Assembly: GCA_043810865.1 (NCBI GenBank)
Contig: JBDRNS010000020.1
Span: 17,828 to 81,827, forward strand
Origin: an archaeon
Lineage (GTDB): Archaea; Nanobdellota; Nanobdellia; Pacearchaeales; GW2011-AR1
Length of the DNA stretch: 64,000 nt
Direction of reading: 5' to 3'
Below, one piece after another: positions 1 through 8,720 of the stretch (position 1 is its first letter; each line of letters begins with the position of its first letter). The position numbers and the translations under genes are program-made. Under the pieces are notes generated by a model. That model searched no databases. It was not told the DNA's origin and was given only the letters and a program-made list of their open reading frames with translations.

Positions 1-129
1 AAGGTAACCCCGCAGTCCGTGAGGACGCGAAACAGAAAAAACATTCAGATTTTTTTTCTCTGCTCTTTCAGCAATCATGTCCAGCGCTTTCTCTTCTTTG
101 TTCGTAATTACTTTTATGATAAAAATCAT
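1..129 (-). CDS. spt5: Transcription elongation factor Spt5/NusG, first 43 codons only (gene runs off the left edge)
   Basis: Absent from the ORF track because it is truncated. The minus-strand ATG at 129-127 gives MIFIIKVITNKEEKALDMIAERAEKKNLNVFSVSRPHGLRGYL, which resembles the start of an archaeal Spt5 NGN domain. It lies downstream of secE, as in the conserved secE-nusG arrangement. Confidence 0.55.
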   Translation of the reverse strand, partial: MIFIIKVITNKEEKALDMIAERAEKKNLNVFSVSRPHGLRGYL

Positions 130-239
130 TTTGTTTTATTTTTTATTTTTAATTTAGTTTTTAAATTTGCTCCGCTACGTCCTAAAAATTGTAGGAGTAG
201 TAATGATATAAAAAAATAATGGTTTATAAAATTTTGGAT

Positions 240-2270
240 TTAATAATCTTGAATTGGCACTGGAGACCAAACGGGAGAACCATTTTCATTGCGACTAACA
301 ATTTCTGTTTTGCTGTTAGAATCTCCAAATGTAACTTTGCGTATTGAAGGTATGCCTCGGCCATCTATAACATCTGATAGATAAACTAATTGACTTCCGT
401 CAGGAGACCATGAAGGAGAATAAGGATATCGATTCTCATCCCTTTCACTAAGAAAAGGTGCTGAAAAGCCAGCAGTAGGATCTAGAAAGTAAAGGTAATC
501 ATTATGTGAAAAAAGAATAAAGTTATTTGCTGGAGACCATGAAGGGCCTCCTAAACTAAATGCTTCTAAGTGAGTTAATCTTATAACATCTCTTGTATTA
601 ATATTTATTTTATAAATATCACCCCCATTGTCATCTGATATAAAAACAATTTCTGTTCCGTCAGGAGACCAATCAAACCCATATTCTGTAGTTCCTGGAC
701 TCTGGGTAAGATTCTCAGGATTAGAGCCATCTTGATTCATTAACCAAATCTCTAAATCTCCTGTCCTGCTTGAAATAAATGCGATTCTTGTTCCATCCGG
801 AGACAGAACAGGGTGGAAATCATGAATGTCGTTTGTCAATTGCGTTTCGTTTTTTGTTCCCAGATCCATTTCATAAATTCCATATTTATTTTGGCTGTAG
901 TCATAATATATAATTTTATTTCCATCAGGAAACCATGAAGGACTTCCTTCAAAAATATTTGGTGTGTTTGTCAGATTTGTCATACCAGAACCATCAGTAT
1001 TAACTATGAAAATATCTGCGCCGTGATAAAATCTTCCGTCAAAGTCATTTAGGCGGCTGAATAATATTTTTTCTCTTGGTTCAGGTTCTGGTGGCTCTTC
1101 AGGAGGTTCCTCAGGTGGCTCCACTCCTTCTGCTATAAGCTCCCTATGAGAAATTACTGTTTCTGAATAATTTAATATTTCCCTCCCAAAAAAACGCATC
1201 TCTAACCCAAGATTAAGTTCTAGTCCTCTATAAATTCCCCAATTAGAGCCATCTGAATTAAATTCCAAATATCCTTCTAAGGTCGCATTAGCTCCTGCAG
1301 TGCAGTAAGCCAAAAGTTTTATTCTGGGGATTCCTATAGCTGCTCTTAAATTCATAGAGCCCAGAGAATTTGGGGGATTAAAATTAAATGAATTGCTAAA
1401 ATCCTGACTAGAACTCCAGCCATTAAGATGATTATAGGAGATATCTCCATAAACATTTGTAGATTGTGTTAAACTTGTTTCCAAAGGAGAAACATTTCCT
1501 ATAAGATTTAAGGGAATTTCCGCCACAGGACATAATACAAAAGGAAATCCCACAATTGTTGTGAGATCTACAGGAGGAATTTCTGGATGAAATAGAATTG
1601 TTTCATTATTAATAGTTGAATTTGAGAAGGCAGATATTTCTAACTCTAAAAAATTATTTACATCAACCGAGAACAGGAGATTCTCCACGTCGAAGGAATT
1701 ACTGCGCGGGAAAGAAGCATTGATGCAAGCTTCTAAATCAAAAGATGTTGACCCGTTTACATAAACTTGTCCAAGATCGCTATTAAAGGGAAAAACGTAA
1801 GATTCTGCGAAGCATTCGTCTATTTCTAAACCATCTTGTAAATATTCCTGAGAAAGATCAAAGGTTATCAGTGAATTATTGTCTAACATCCTTAGGGCTT
1901 CTGGGATAGTTGCATGTTCTGTATATACAGTTCTTCCATCAGAAGATACGTTAATTATTTTTCTTAAAAATCCGTAAGGAGAATTAGGGGTTATTCCTGC
2001 GGCGATTATGTCTCCAGTTCTAAAGTTTTGAGGTTCTGAAAATGCAAGAGTATGTTCTTCAGGTTCAACAGGGCCTGCCAGATTATCAAGTTCGTCGTCC
2101 AGTACAGAAACTATAGGAGTTCCATCATTTCTTCCACCATTTCCATTATCATCACCACCACAAGAAGGCAGAAATAATGCAAGAGCAAGTGTTGCTGCAA
2201 CCAACCCTCTTTTTAAATTTCGTATTCCTTTTCTTATTTTTCCTGTTCTAATTTCATCTTCCAGATTCAT
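240..2270 (-). CDS. Secreted or lipid-anchored surface protein: unknown N-terminal domain, PE-rich linker, C-terminal TolB-like (PD40/WD40-like) beta-propeller
   Basis: N-terminal hydrophobic segment ends in a Cys (LALFLPSCGG). The linker reads PPEEPPEEPPEPEP. The C-terminal half has repeated SPDG/WSPDG..I.F units typical of TolB/PD40 propellers. About a dozen N-x-S/T sequons are visible. Confidence 0.7.
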   Translation of the reverse strand: MNLEDEIRTGKIRKGIRNLKRGLVAATLALALFLPSCGGDDNGNGGRNDGTPIVSVLDDELDNLAGPVEPEEHTLAFSEPQNFRTGDIIAAGITPNSPYGFLRKIINVSSDGRTVYTEHATIPEALRMLDNNSLITFDLSQEYLQDGLEIDECFAESYVFPFNSDLGQVYVNGSTSFDLEACINASFPRSNSFDVENLLFSVDVNNFLELEISAFSNSTINNETILFHPEIPPVDLTTIVGFPFVLCPVAEIPLNLIGNVSPLETSLTQSTNVYGDISYNHLNGWSSSQDFSNSFNFNPPNSLGSMNLRAAIGIPRIKLLAYCTAGANATLEGYLEFNSDGSNWGIYRGLELNLGLEMRFFGREILNYSETVISHRELIAEGVEPPEEPPEEPPEPEPREKILFSRLNDFDGRFYHGADIFIVNTDGSGMTNLTNTPNIFEGSPSWFPDGNKIIYYDYSQNKYGIYEMDLGTKNETQLTNDIHDFHPVLSPDGTRIAFISSRTGDLEIWLMNQDGSNPENLTQSPGTTEYGFDWSPDGTEIVFISDDNGGDIYKININTRDVIRLTHLEAFSLGGPSWSPANNFILFSHNDYLYFLDPTAGFSAPFLSERDENRYPYSPSWSPDGSQLVYLSDVIDGRGIPSIRKVTFGDSNSKTEIVSRNENGSPVWSPVPIQDY

Positions 2271-2271
2271 T

Positions 2272-2457
2272 TTAAAAAAACAAATTTACAATCATTGAAA
2301 TTACAAAGCCAACGAATCCGACGATTAAAATTCCTATTGCTGAGACCTTTGCAACAACTTCAAATTCTTTTCTCGTCGGCTTCTTAAGGACAAGCCAGAC
2401 CCTTTTGCATTTCAAATAGAATGATTTCGCGCTTTCATGAAATTCTTTTATATTCAT
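2272..2457 (-). CDS. secE: Preprotein translocase subunit SecE / Sec61-gamma
   Basis: 61 aa. KKPTRKEF followed by a single C-terminal TM helix (VSAIGILIVGFVGFVISMIVNLF) is the canonical archaeal SecE layout. Confidence 0.85.
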   Translation of the reverse strand: MNIKEFHESAKSFYLKCKRVWLVLKKPTRKEFEVVAKVSAIGILIVGFVGFVISMIVNLFF

Positions 2458-2493
2458 ATTCAGAGAAATAAAAATGAGTTTTTAAGTTTTTAT

Positions 2494-2934
2494 TCAATAA
2501 GTATAATGGGTTCTGTCATTTTGTATTTTTATTCCTGCTAGACGGGCAGTTGCCAGATTCCCTTTTTCCATAAAATAAGAAGACAAATTTTCAAAATCAT
2601 AATCTTCAGGCAATTGAGATTCTCTAACTCTCAAAAGCAATTCTGTAACTGGTTCATTACCGACAGTTAAATCAGTACTAGCAATTCCAAAAACAGTGGC
2701 AAATCCGAATTGGGTTGTCGTCGGATAAAGAAAAGCATTATTTTTTCTTGAGATTCCAAGAATTCTTTTTATTTCTCTTTCACTTAATTTTCTATTTGAA
2801 AAATCCTCAGACACAAAATCCCTATAGGCAGGACGAGCATGAGGATCATGGTGTGGTGTCACAGTGCGAAGTTGTGAATCCAAGTTTTTAAGAAATCTAA
2901 TGTCTCTCCCAGTTAATTCTCTAATTTTTTTCAT
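2494..2934 (-). CDS. Hypothetical protein (146 aa) between ftsZ and secE
   Basis: Clean ORF on the same strand as its neighbours with short intergenic gaps. I recognise no motif. Confidence 0.5.
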   Translation of the reverse strand: MKKIRELTGRDIRFLKNLDSQLRTVTPHHDPHARPAYRDFVSEDFSNRKLSEREIKRILGISRKNNAFLYPTTTQFGFATVFGIASTDLTVGNEPVTELLLRVRESQLPEDYDFENLSSYFMEKGNLATARLAGIKIQNDRTHYTY

Positions 2935-2967
2935 ATTATTATATAAATTAGGAATTTAAATAAATTT

Positions 2968-4068
2968 TTATTCGTAAAATTCAATTCCCAACTCTTCCTC
3001 AATTTCATGATGTTTTATGTCTTCTATTCTTTCACCGTGCCCGAGAATTTGTGAGCTTTTTACACCTGTAACAATTAACAAAACCCTCATTGATTTTTCC
3101 ATGTCAGGAGAAATTTGCGCGCCCCAAATTAATTTTGCTTCAGGATTCAGGCGATTCCCGACGGTTTCAACAATCAACTTGCATTCGTCAAGAGACATGT
3201 CATTTCCTCCGACGATATTAATCAATGCGCCGTTGGCGTCGGAAATATCAACATCAAGCAAAGGATTTTGAATTGCTTTTTCAATCGCATCAATTGCTCT
3301 TTGCCCTGTGTCTGATTCACCCATGCCGATAAGTGAAACGCCGCCGTCAACCATTACTGCTTTTATGTCTGCAAAATCCAGATTTACCAAGCCGGTTGTT
3401 GTAACAAGTTCTGTAACTCCTTTCACAGCATTTGTCAAAATCTCGTCGGCAATTTTGAATGCAGTGTGCAGCGGCAAATCGGGAGCAAGTTCAAGAAGTT
3501 TGTCGTTGGGAATAACAATCAAAGTGTCTACGATGGATTCCATTCTTTCCAAACCATTCATTGCGTTTTCAATTCTTCTTTTTCCTTCAATTGTAAAAGG
3601 CAATGTTACAACCCCTATTGTCAGTGCGCCTTGCTTTTTTGCGAGATTTGCAATCACAGGAGCAGCACCTGTTCCTGTTCCTCCGCCTAAACCACAGGTT
3701 ATGAAAATCATATCGCTTCCCGCAATTTTCTTTTTTATCTCTGATTCTGATTCTTTTGCTGCTTCCTCGCCGATTTTAGGATTGCTTCCTGCACCCAAAC
3801 CCTGTGTCAATTCTTTTCCGATTAGAATTTTTTGGTCTGCATCTGTGTAAAGCAAGTCCTGTGCATCTGTATTTACTGCAATTAACTCTCCACCTTTTAT
3901 TCCAATTTCCCTCATTCTGCTCAAAGAATTATTTCCGCCTCCGCCGACGCCGATGACTTTTATTTTTGCTGCCTGTTTTTTTAATAGCTCTTCAAGTTCC
4001 CTGTCAATATCTCTTACTTCCGAAGATACTGATCTTTGCTCAGAAGAAAATATGCTGTCAGCCATCAA
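2968..4068 (-). CDS. ftsZ: Cell division GTPase FtsZ
   Basis: IGVGGGGNN near the N-terminus and the tubulin signature GLGGGTGTGAAPVIA. Length is 366 aa. Confidence 0.95.
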   Translation of the reverse strand: MMADSIFSSEQRSVSSEVRDIDRELEELLKKQAAKIKVIGVGGGGNNSLSRMREIGIKGGELIAVNTDAQDLLYTDADQKILIGKELTQGLGAGSNPKIGEEAAKESESEIKKKIAGSDMIFITCGLGGGTGTGAAPVIANLAKKQGALTIGVVTLPFTIEGKRRIENAMNGLERMESIVDTLIVIPNDKLLELAPDLPLHTAFKIADEILTNAVKGVTELVTTTGLVNLDFADIKAVMVDGGVSLIGMGESDTGQRAIDAIEKAIQNPLLDVDISDANGALINIVGGNDMSLDECKLIVETVGNRLNPEAKLIWGAQISPDMEKSMRVLLIVTGVKSSQILGHGERIEDIKHHEIEEELGIEFYE

Positions 4069-4096
4069 ATAAGAAAAAAGGAGTTGTTTATAAAAA

Positions 4097-4813
4097 TTAT
4101 TGTGATTTCATTTCAGAGCCAGGGGATTCTTTTTCAACCATGTTTTCTTTTGCTTTTTTGCCGGATTCTTCTTTTCTTCCTGCCTCTTTTATTTCCAAGT
4201 CCAATCCCAGAACCTCCTTGAATTTTCCGCTGAAAACTTCCACGAATTTTACAAGCGATTTTTCTGTCTCAATTATAATTTTATTATTTTTTATTTCAAA
4301 ATCAAAATTTTTCTTGAACAGAAAATCCATGAATGCTCTTACTTTTTCATTTACATCATCAACTTTTCTCAGGACATTTATTTTGTAATTAACAGATTTT
4401 CCCGCGAGAGGATTGTTGAAATCGACTATTACCCTCCCAGATGAAACAGAAAGAACTTTTGCAATTCTTCCGTCGAAATTGAAAACAACTCCCGGAACAG
4501 GATTTAACTTGTGTTCCCTAAAGATTTTTGAGGGCATTATCTGAATTAGTTGTGAGTCCCTAGCACCAAATGCTTTTTCAGGAGGCAGAGAAATTTCATA
4601 AATTGTCGGTTTTGAAGGCACAGGTTTCCCTACAAGAAAATCGTCTATGCTTTTCAAAAACATGCCTTCATCAAGAGAGAAAATAAACGGCTTCGGCTCT
4701 GTTTCAAGATTTGTTTTTTTCAAATCCTCTTTTATATTTGAATCAAAAATCTCTCCTTCACTTGTTCTTCCCGTGAATTCTATTTCAATAAAGTCCTTTT
4801 TCTGAAGTTTCAT
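4097..4813 (-). CDS. FKBP-type peptidyl-prolyl cis-trans isomerase (long archaeal type)
   Basis: The N-terminus KKDFIEIEFTGRTSEGEIFDSN matches the archaeal FKBP/SlyD-like pattern (V..Y.G....G..FD.S). At 238 aa it has a C-terminal extension. Confidence 0.7.
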   Translation of the reverse strand: MKLQKKDFIEIEFTGRTSEGEIFDSNIKEDLKKTNLETEPKPFIFSLDEGMFLKSIDDFLVGKPVPSKPTIYEISLPPEKAFGARDSQLIQIMPSKIFREHKLNPVPGVVFNFDGRIAKVLSVSSGRVIVDFNNPLAGKSVNYKINVLRKVDDVNEKVRAFMDFLFKKNFDFEIKNNKIIIETEKSLVKFVEVFSGKFKEVLGLDLEIKEAGRKEESGKKAKENMVEKESPGSEMKSQ

Positions 4814-4833
4814 TTTTGAATCTAATTAAAAAT

Positions 4834-4846
4834 CTTTATAAATATA
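4834..4846 (+). promoter_or_regulatory. Putative TATA box for aIF5A (near-leaderless transcript)
   Basis: CTTTATAAATATA is centred about 24 nt upstream of the ATG at 4864, in the divergent intergenic region. Confidence 0.3.
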
Positions 4847-4863
4847 TTTCCTTTGGTTGAATT

Positions 4864-5253
4864 ATGGTTTTAAAAATTATCGGTGCCACTGAAGTAAAAG
4901 TCGGCACAAACATTATCGTCGACGGAGTTCCGTGCACTGTCAAAAGTGTGGACATAAGCAAGACGGGAAAACACGGACACGCGAAAGTCAGAATTGAAGC
5001 AGTAGGGATAATCAACGGACAAAAAAAAGTTTTCGTTGTTCCAGGACATGAAAGATTTGAAGTTCCGATGGTGGACAAGAGGAAAGCCCAGGTTCTTTCA
5101 ATCGGTGAAAACAGCGTTAGTGTTATGGATTTGGAAAACTTTGAGACGCTTGACGTTCCCTGCGACAGTGAAATCAAAGAACAACTTGAAGAAAGTTCAA
5201 ATGTTGAATATTGGGATGTTGAAGGTGAAAAGATTATAAAGAGGAAACTGTAA
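4864..5253 (+). CDS. eif5a: Translation initiation factor 5A (aIF5A)
   Basis: Hypusine-site motif SKTGKHGHAK. Length is 129 aa, with OB-fold-like C-terminal sequence. Confidence 0.9.
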   Translation: MVLKIIGATEVKVGTNIIVDGVPCTVKSVDISKTGKHGHAKVRIEAVGIINGQKKVFVVPGHERFEVPMVDKRKAQVLSIGENSVSVMDLENFETLDVPCDSEIKEQLEESSNVEYWDVEGEKIIKRKL

Positions 5254-5266
5254 TTTAATAGATAAA

Positions 5267-5428
5267 ATGGCAAAAATTCCGGAAGCGCAGAACAGAATGT
5301 TTAAGAATGTGTTTGTCTGCAAAAGTTGCCACAGCAAAATAAAAGCGGATCCTGTAAAAATTCTCGTCGGAAAAGTAAAATGCAGAAAATGCAAGAAAAA
5401 AGCGTTCAGGCCGCTGAAGAAAAAGTAA
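5267..5428 (+). CDS. rpl40e: 50S ribosomal protein L40e
   Basis: Absent from the ORF track (53 aa). Sequence is MAKIPEAQNRMFKNVFVCKSCHSKIKADPVKILVGKVKCRKCKKKAFRPLKKK. It has the C-x2-C...C-x2-C zinc ribbon and basic tail typical of L40e. Confidence 0.7.
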   Translation: MAKIPEAQNRMFKNVFVCKSCHSKIKADPVKILVGKVKCRKCKKKAFRPLKKK

Positions 5429-5429
5429 A

Positions 5430-6866
5430 ATGGGTTCTTCAATTTATTTTTATGATATTGCATTTTTAATTTTGTTTGCAATTTTTACATCTTCATTTCT
5501 TTATCTTAGAAGGAAAAATCTCAGGAGAGAAGGGCTTTTGTTCATTTACAGGACAAGCTGGGGAATAAAACTCATCAACAGCGTCGGAAAGAAGAGCCCC
5601 GGATTTTTCAAATTTTTAAGTTATGTTTCAATAACAACAGGATATCTTTTGATGGCAGGAATGTTTTATCTCTTAGGAAGAATTGTTTATTTGTATATTG
5701 CATTTCCTTCTCTTGTAAGAGAAATCAAAGTTCCGCCGATAACTCCTTTAATCCCGTATCTTCCTGAAATATTCAAAATTGATTTCCTTCCTCCTTTTTA
5801 CTTTACATACTGGATAATAATAATCGCAATTGTCGCAATATCACATGAATTTTTCCACGGAATTTTTGCAGCGCACGACAAACTAAAAATAAAATCCACC
5901 GGCTTTGGATTTTTTCCTTTTTTCTTTCCTATATTTCCTGCGGCATTTGTTGAACTCGACGAGAAAAAGATGGCTACAAAAAGCAAGTTCAGCCAACTTG
6001 CAGTTCTTTCAGCAGGAACATTTGCAAATGTCATCACCGCAATTTTGTTTTTTGCATTGCTGATAATTTTCTTTCAATTTGCCTTTTCACCTTCAGGAGT
6101 TGTTTTTGACAGTTATTCTTACAATGCCGTCGCTGTTTCAGCCATTTCTTCTGTTAACGGAATTAATATTGAAAATCCGAATTATGGAAACATTTTGAAT
6201 TTAGTAAATGAATCCGGGCTAAACAGGATAAATGCCGGCGGTGAGAGTTATGTTATAACAAAAGAGGCGCTGGAAAAGCAAAGTGATAATAATAAGAATT
6301 TGGTTTTGTATTATGATGCCCCCGCAATTAATGCACAGCTTGAGAATGTTCTTCTTGGAATTAACGAAGAAAAATTGGAGAGCATAGAAGATATAGAAAG
6401 AGAATTATCAAAGTATTCTCCAGGAGAATCTGTAACTTTAAATGTTCTCGGGAAAGACGGAGAAAATTATGACAGAGACATAACACTCGGAGAAAATCCC
6501 GGAAAAAACAATTTGGCTTGGCTCGGAATTGTTTTTATAAAACAGAGTGGCATAGGAGCCATGGGAAAAATTTCTTCCCTGATTCAATCCTTCAAGAACA
6601 AACATGTTTACTACAAATCAAATCTGGGGGAATTTGGGACTTTTATTTATGATTTGATTCAGTGGCTTGCAATCATAAGCATCAGTGTTGCCCTGATTAA
6701 CATGCTTCCCGTCGGTATTTTTGACGGCGGCAGATTTTTTTACCTTACTATCCTGGCAATTACAGGAAGTGAAATGAAAGCAAGAAAGGCATTTGCATTT
6801 TCAACATATTTCATATTGTTCCTGATTTTGATTCTTATGGTTTTTTGGTTTCGTTCTTTTATATAA
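5430..6866 (+). CDS. Site-2 protease (peptidase M50) with an internal PDZ-like region
   Basis: Multi-pass membrane protein with HEFFHG (HExxH) in a TM segment and a C-terminal NMLPVGIFDGG (NxxPxxxxDG) motif. A soluble insert lies between the two motifs. Confidence 0.8.
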   Translation: MGSSIYFYDIAFLILFAIFTSSFLYLRRKNLRREGLLFIYRTSWGIKLINSVGKKSPGFFKFLSYVSITTGYLLMAGMFYLLGRIVYLYIAFPSLVREIKVPPITPLIPYLPEIFKIDFLPPFYFTYWIIIIAIVAISHEFFHGIFAAHDKLKIKSTGFGFFPFFFPIFPAAFVELDEKKMATKSKFSQLAVLSAGTFANVITAILFFALLIIFFQFAFSPSGVVFDSYSYNAVAVSAISSVNGINIENPNYGNILNLVNESGLNRINAGGESYVITKEALEKQSDNNKNLVLYYDAPAINAQLENVLLGINEEKLESIEDIERELSKYSPGESVTLNVLGKDGENYDRDITLGENPGKNNLAWLGIVFIKQSGIGAMGKISSLIQSFKNKHVYYKSNLGEFGTFIYDLIQWLAIISISVALINMLPVGIFDGGRFFYLTILAITGSEMKARKAFAFSTYFILFLILILMVFWFRSFI

Positions 6867-6948
6867 ATTCTCAGGAAAATTTTTGATTTTAGAAAAATAT
6901 TTAAACTAAATTTTCCTAAACATATTAAATTAAAAAGAGGTAAATGAA

Positions 6949-7017
6949 ATGAAAAAGAAAAAAGCAGCTAAGAAGACAACAAAGAAAAAAGCAGCTAAGA
7001 AGAAAAAGAGAAGATAG
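6949..7017 (+). CDS. Possible 22-codon lysine-rich mini-ORF (MKKKKAAKKTTKKKAAKKKKRR)
   Basis: A GAGGT Shine-Dalgarno-like sequence lies 8-12 nt upstream. The ORF contains the internal direct repeat AAAAAAGCAGCTAAGAAG twice. It could equally be chance in A-rich DNA. Confidence 0.2.
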   Translation: MKKKKAAKKTTKKKAAKKKKRR

Positions 7018-7122
7018 ATTATCTTTGCTATTTTTTAATTTTATTTTTATTAATTTATGTTATTTCTTATTTATATTTTTCATTACAATTATTTTTATTA
7101 ACACATTAATTGTTAATGTTTT

Positions 7123-7575
7123 ATGGGACATATTGGGGGACTTACGAAAATTTTACTTGTTGGGAGTTTTGTTGGATTGACAGCATGTTCTTTATCATCA
7201 AAAACAAATGTTCCTCTAAATCAAGAAGACAGAACAGAAATTGTTTATATGGTGTCTCCAGACCCTTCACTTCCCCTAACTGCATATAAAATGGATGAAG
7301 AAGCCAGAAATATTATGGCACAAGTTGTGCATTTGCAAGGACAAATAAATCTTCGCAACACAGGTGATTCTGATTTACTGCCAGGACAATTACTTGCCCT
7401 TTATTATATGGCCGCAAATGGGAATAAATATATTACGCGCGAAGAAGCAACTATTGCATATACCTATTTTGAAAAAGAATTAAGAAAACCATATGAAGAA
7501 AATATATTTCCTCCCGCACCGGTAATTCCCTCTTTAACTTCTCCAACAGAGCCCCAACAACAACCTCTTCAATAA
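7123..7575 (+). CDS. Hypothetical lipoprotein or secreted protein
   Basis: Signal peptide with a lipobox-like LTAC (ILLVGSFVGLTACS) and a proline-rich C-terminus. No other motif is recognised. Confidence 0.5.
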   Translation: MGHIGGLTKILLVGSFVGLTACSLSSKTNVPLNQEDRTEIVYMVSPDPSLPLTAYKMDEEARNIMAQVVHLQGQINLRNTGDSDLLPGQLLALYYMAANGNKYITREEATIAYTYFEKELRKPYEENIFPPAPVIPSLTSPTEPQQQPLQ

Positions 7576-7935
7576 TCACAAATCAATAATTCCGTCTTTT
7601 GTCAATGCTGCAAATCTTATTCCCACAGGAAGATTAATTAGTGCAGAAATCAAAGCCATGTGCTCTTTTCCGTCGCCTGAAGCAACAGACAGCGCGACTT
7701 CTGTTCCATGAATTTTTCCCTTCAATTTGTTTATCAATTCATCACGCAAGTCCCTTATCTTCTTTCCCAAATCAATTTTTATGAATTCTGTAATTTCTTT
7801 TTTATCTTCAATTCTGAATTGGGAAGAGAAATCGTCTCCGAGAAGAATTATTTTTTCCCATTCGCCATGTTTTATCAAACCAGCCACCTGTGCCCAAGTT
7901 CCTTTTCCCGAAGAAAGCAGTGCAATAAATTCCAT
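7576..7935 (-). CDS. Hypothetical protein (119 aa)
   Basis: Uninterrupted ORF, convergent with and abutting the previous gene. No motif is recognised. Confidence 0.5.
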   Translation of the reverse strand: MEFIALLSSGKGTWAQVAGLIKHGEWEKIILLGDDFSSQFRIEDKKEITEFIKIDLGKKIRDLRDELINKLKGKIHGTEVALSVASGDGKEHMALISALINLPVGIRFAALTKDGIIDL

Positions 7936-8014
7936 CCCTGAAAAAAATTGATGATCTTTTTAAGGATTGTTGTTCAACGCTGAATAATAAGATTTATAAA
8001 TCAATTTTTTCTCA

Positions 8015-8024
8015 GATTTATATA
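8015..8024 (+). promoter_or_regulatory. Putative TATA box of the L1-L10-L12 operon
   Basis: GATTTATATA lies about 65 nt upstream of the rpl1 ATG. That leaves a roughly 40-nt leader ending in a strong AGGAGGTG Shine-Dalgarno sequence. Confidence 0.3.
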
Positions 8025-8089
8025 CCGTTAAGAACTACATCGTTGCGGAATAAATTCTATGTCTGCGGCGCATAATGTAGGAGGTGTTT

Positions 8090-8719
8090 ATGAAATCTGA
8101 AGAAGAAATAAAAAAAGCTTTAGATGAGCTAAGAAAAGAAAAAACACGAAAGTTTAATCAGACAGTTGACTTAATCGTGAATCTGCAGAAATTCGACGCA
8201 AAGAAAACTCCGATTAATATTTTTGTTTCCATTCCGCACAAAATCAAGGAGAAAAAAATTGCCGCATTTCTTGAGACGAAAAACAAAGATGTCGAAACAA
8301 TAACAAAAGACAGCTTCAAAAGATATTCTGACAAAAAGGAACTGAAAAGGTTGTCAAAGAATTTTGATTTTTTTATTGCACAGGCAAATTTAATGCCGAG
8401 CGTTGCAACTTCTTTCGGAAGAGTTTTGGGTCCAATGGGAAAGATGCCGTCACCGCAAATGGGAGTTATAGTAAATGCCGACGAGAAAACAATAAAAGAA
8501 ATTAAGGAAAAAATAAGCAATATAATCCGTGTGAGGGTAAAAGAGGGCAGTTTGAAACTTGCAATAGGAAAACAGGACATGAAAGATGAAGACATTGCAG
8601 AGAACATAATTTCTGTTTACAACGCTCTTGTTAAAGCGCTTCCAAAAGGAATAGAAAACGTGAAAAATGTCGAGATAAAACTTACCATGACTAAACCAAA
8701 AAAAATAAACATGAAATAA
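8090..8719 (+). CDS. rpl1: 50S ribosomal protein L1
   Basis: Sequence begins MKSEEEIKKALDELRKEKTRKFNQTVDLIVNLQ. The ORF track starts at GTG 8084. I prefer ATG 8090 because AGGAGGTG lies immediately upstream. Confidence 0.9.
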   Translation: MKSEEEIKKALDELRKEKTRKFNQTVDLIVNLQKFDAKKTPINIFVSIPHKIKEKKIAAFLETKNKDVETITKDSFKRYSDKKELKRLSKNFDFFIAQANLMPSVATSFGRVLGPMGKMPSPQMGVIVNADEKTIKEIKEKISNIIRVRVKEGSLKLAIGKQDMKDEDIAENIISVYNALVKALPKGIENVKNVEIKLTMTKPKKINMK

Positions 8720-8720
8720 A

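Noticed and set aside
19-219. 66-aa plus-strand ORF at the window start
   Set aside because: It lies antisense to the Spt5 N-terminal fragment and extends into an AT-rich spacer. The sequence is low-complexity with no motif, so it is most likely a shadow ORF.
3017-4388. Plus-strand ORFs overlapping ftsZ and the FKBP gene
   Set aside because: They are antisense to genes with strong motifs and have no motifs of their own.
4836-5481. Minus-strand ORFs 4836-5273 and 5197-5481
   Set aside because: They are antisense to aIF5A and L40e, which have diagnostic hypusine-site and zinc-ribbon motifs.
7945-7985. Possible C/D-box sRNA (TTGATGA ... CTGA) upstream of 7576-7935
   Set aside because: The boxes are only about 25 nt apart. 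There are no C'/D' boxes and no terminal stem, and the C box lacks the usual purine. It is probably chance.
7980-8089. L1 autoregulatory mRNA structure in the rpl1 leader
   Set aside because: L1 autoregulation of its own mRNA is known in methanogens. I could not identify a convincing mimic of the 23S L1-binding helix by eye, so I report only the promoter and Shine-Dalgarno sequence.
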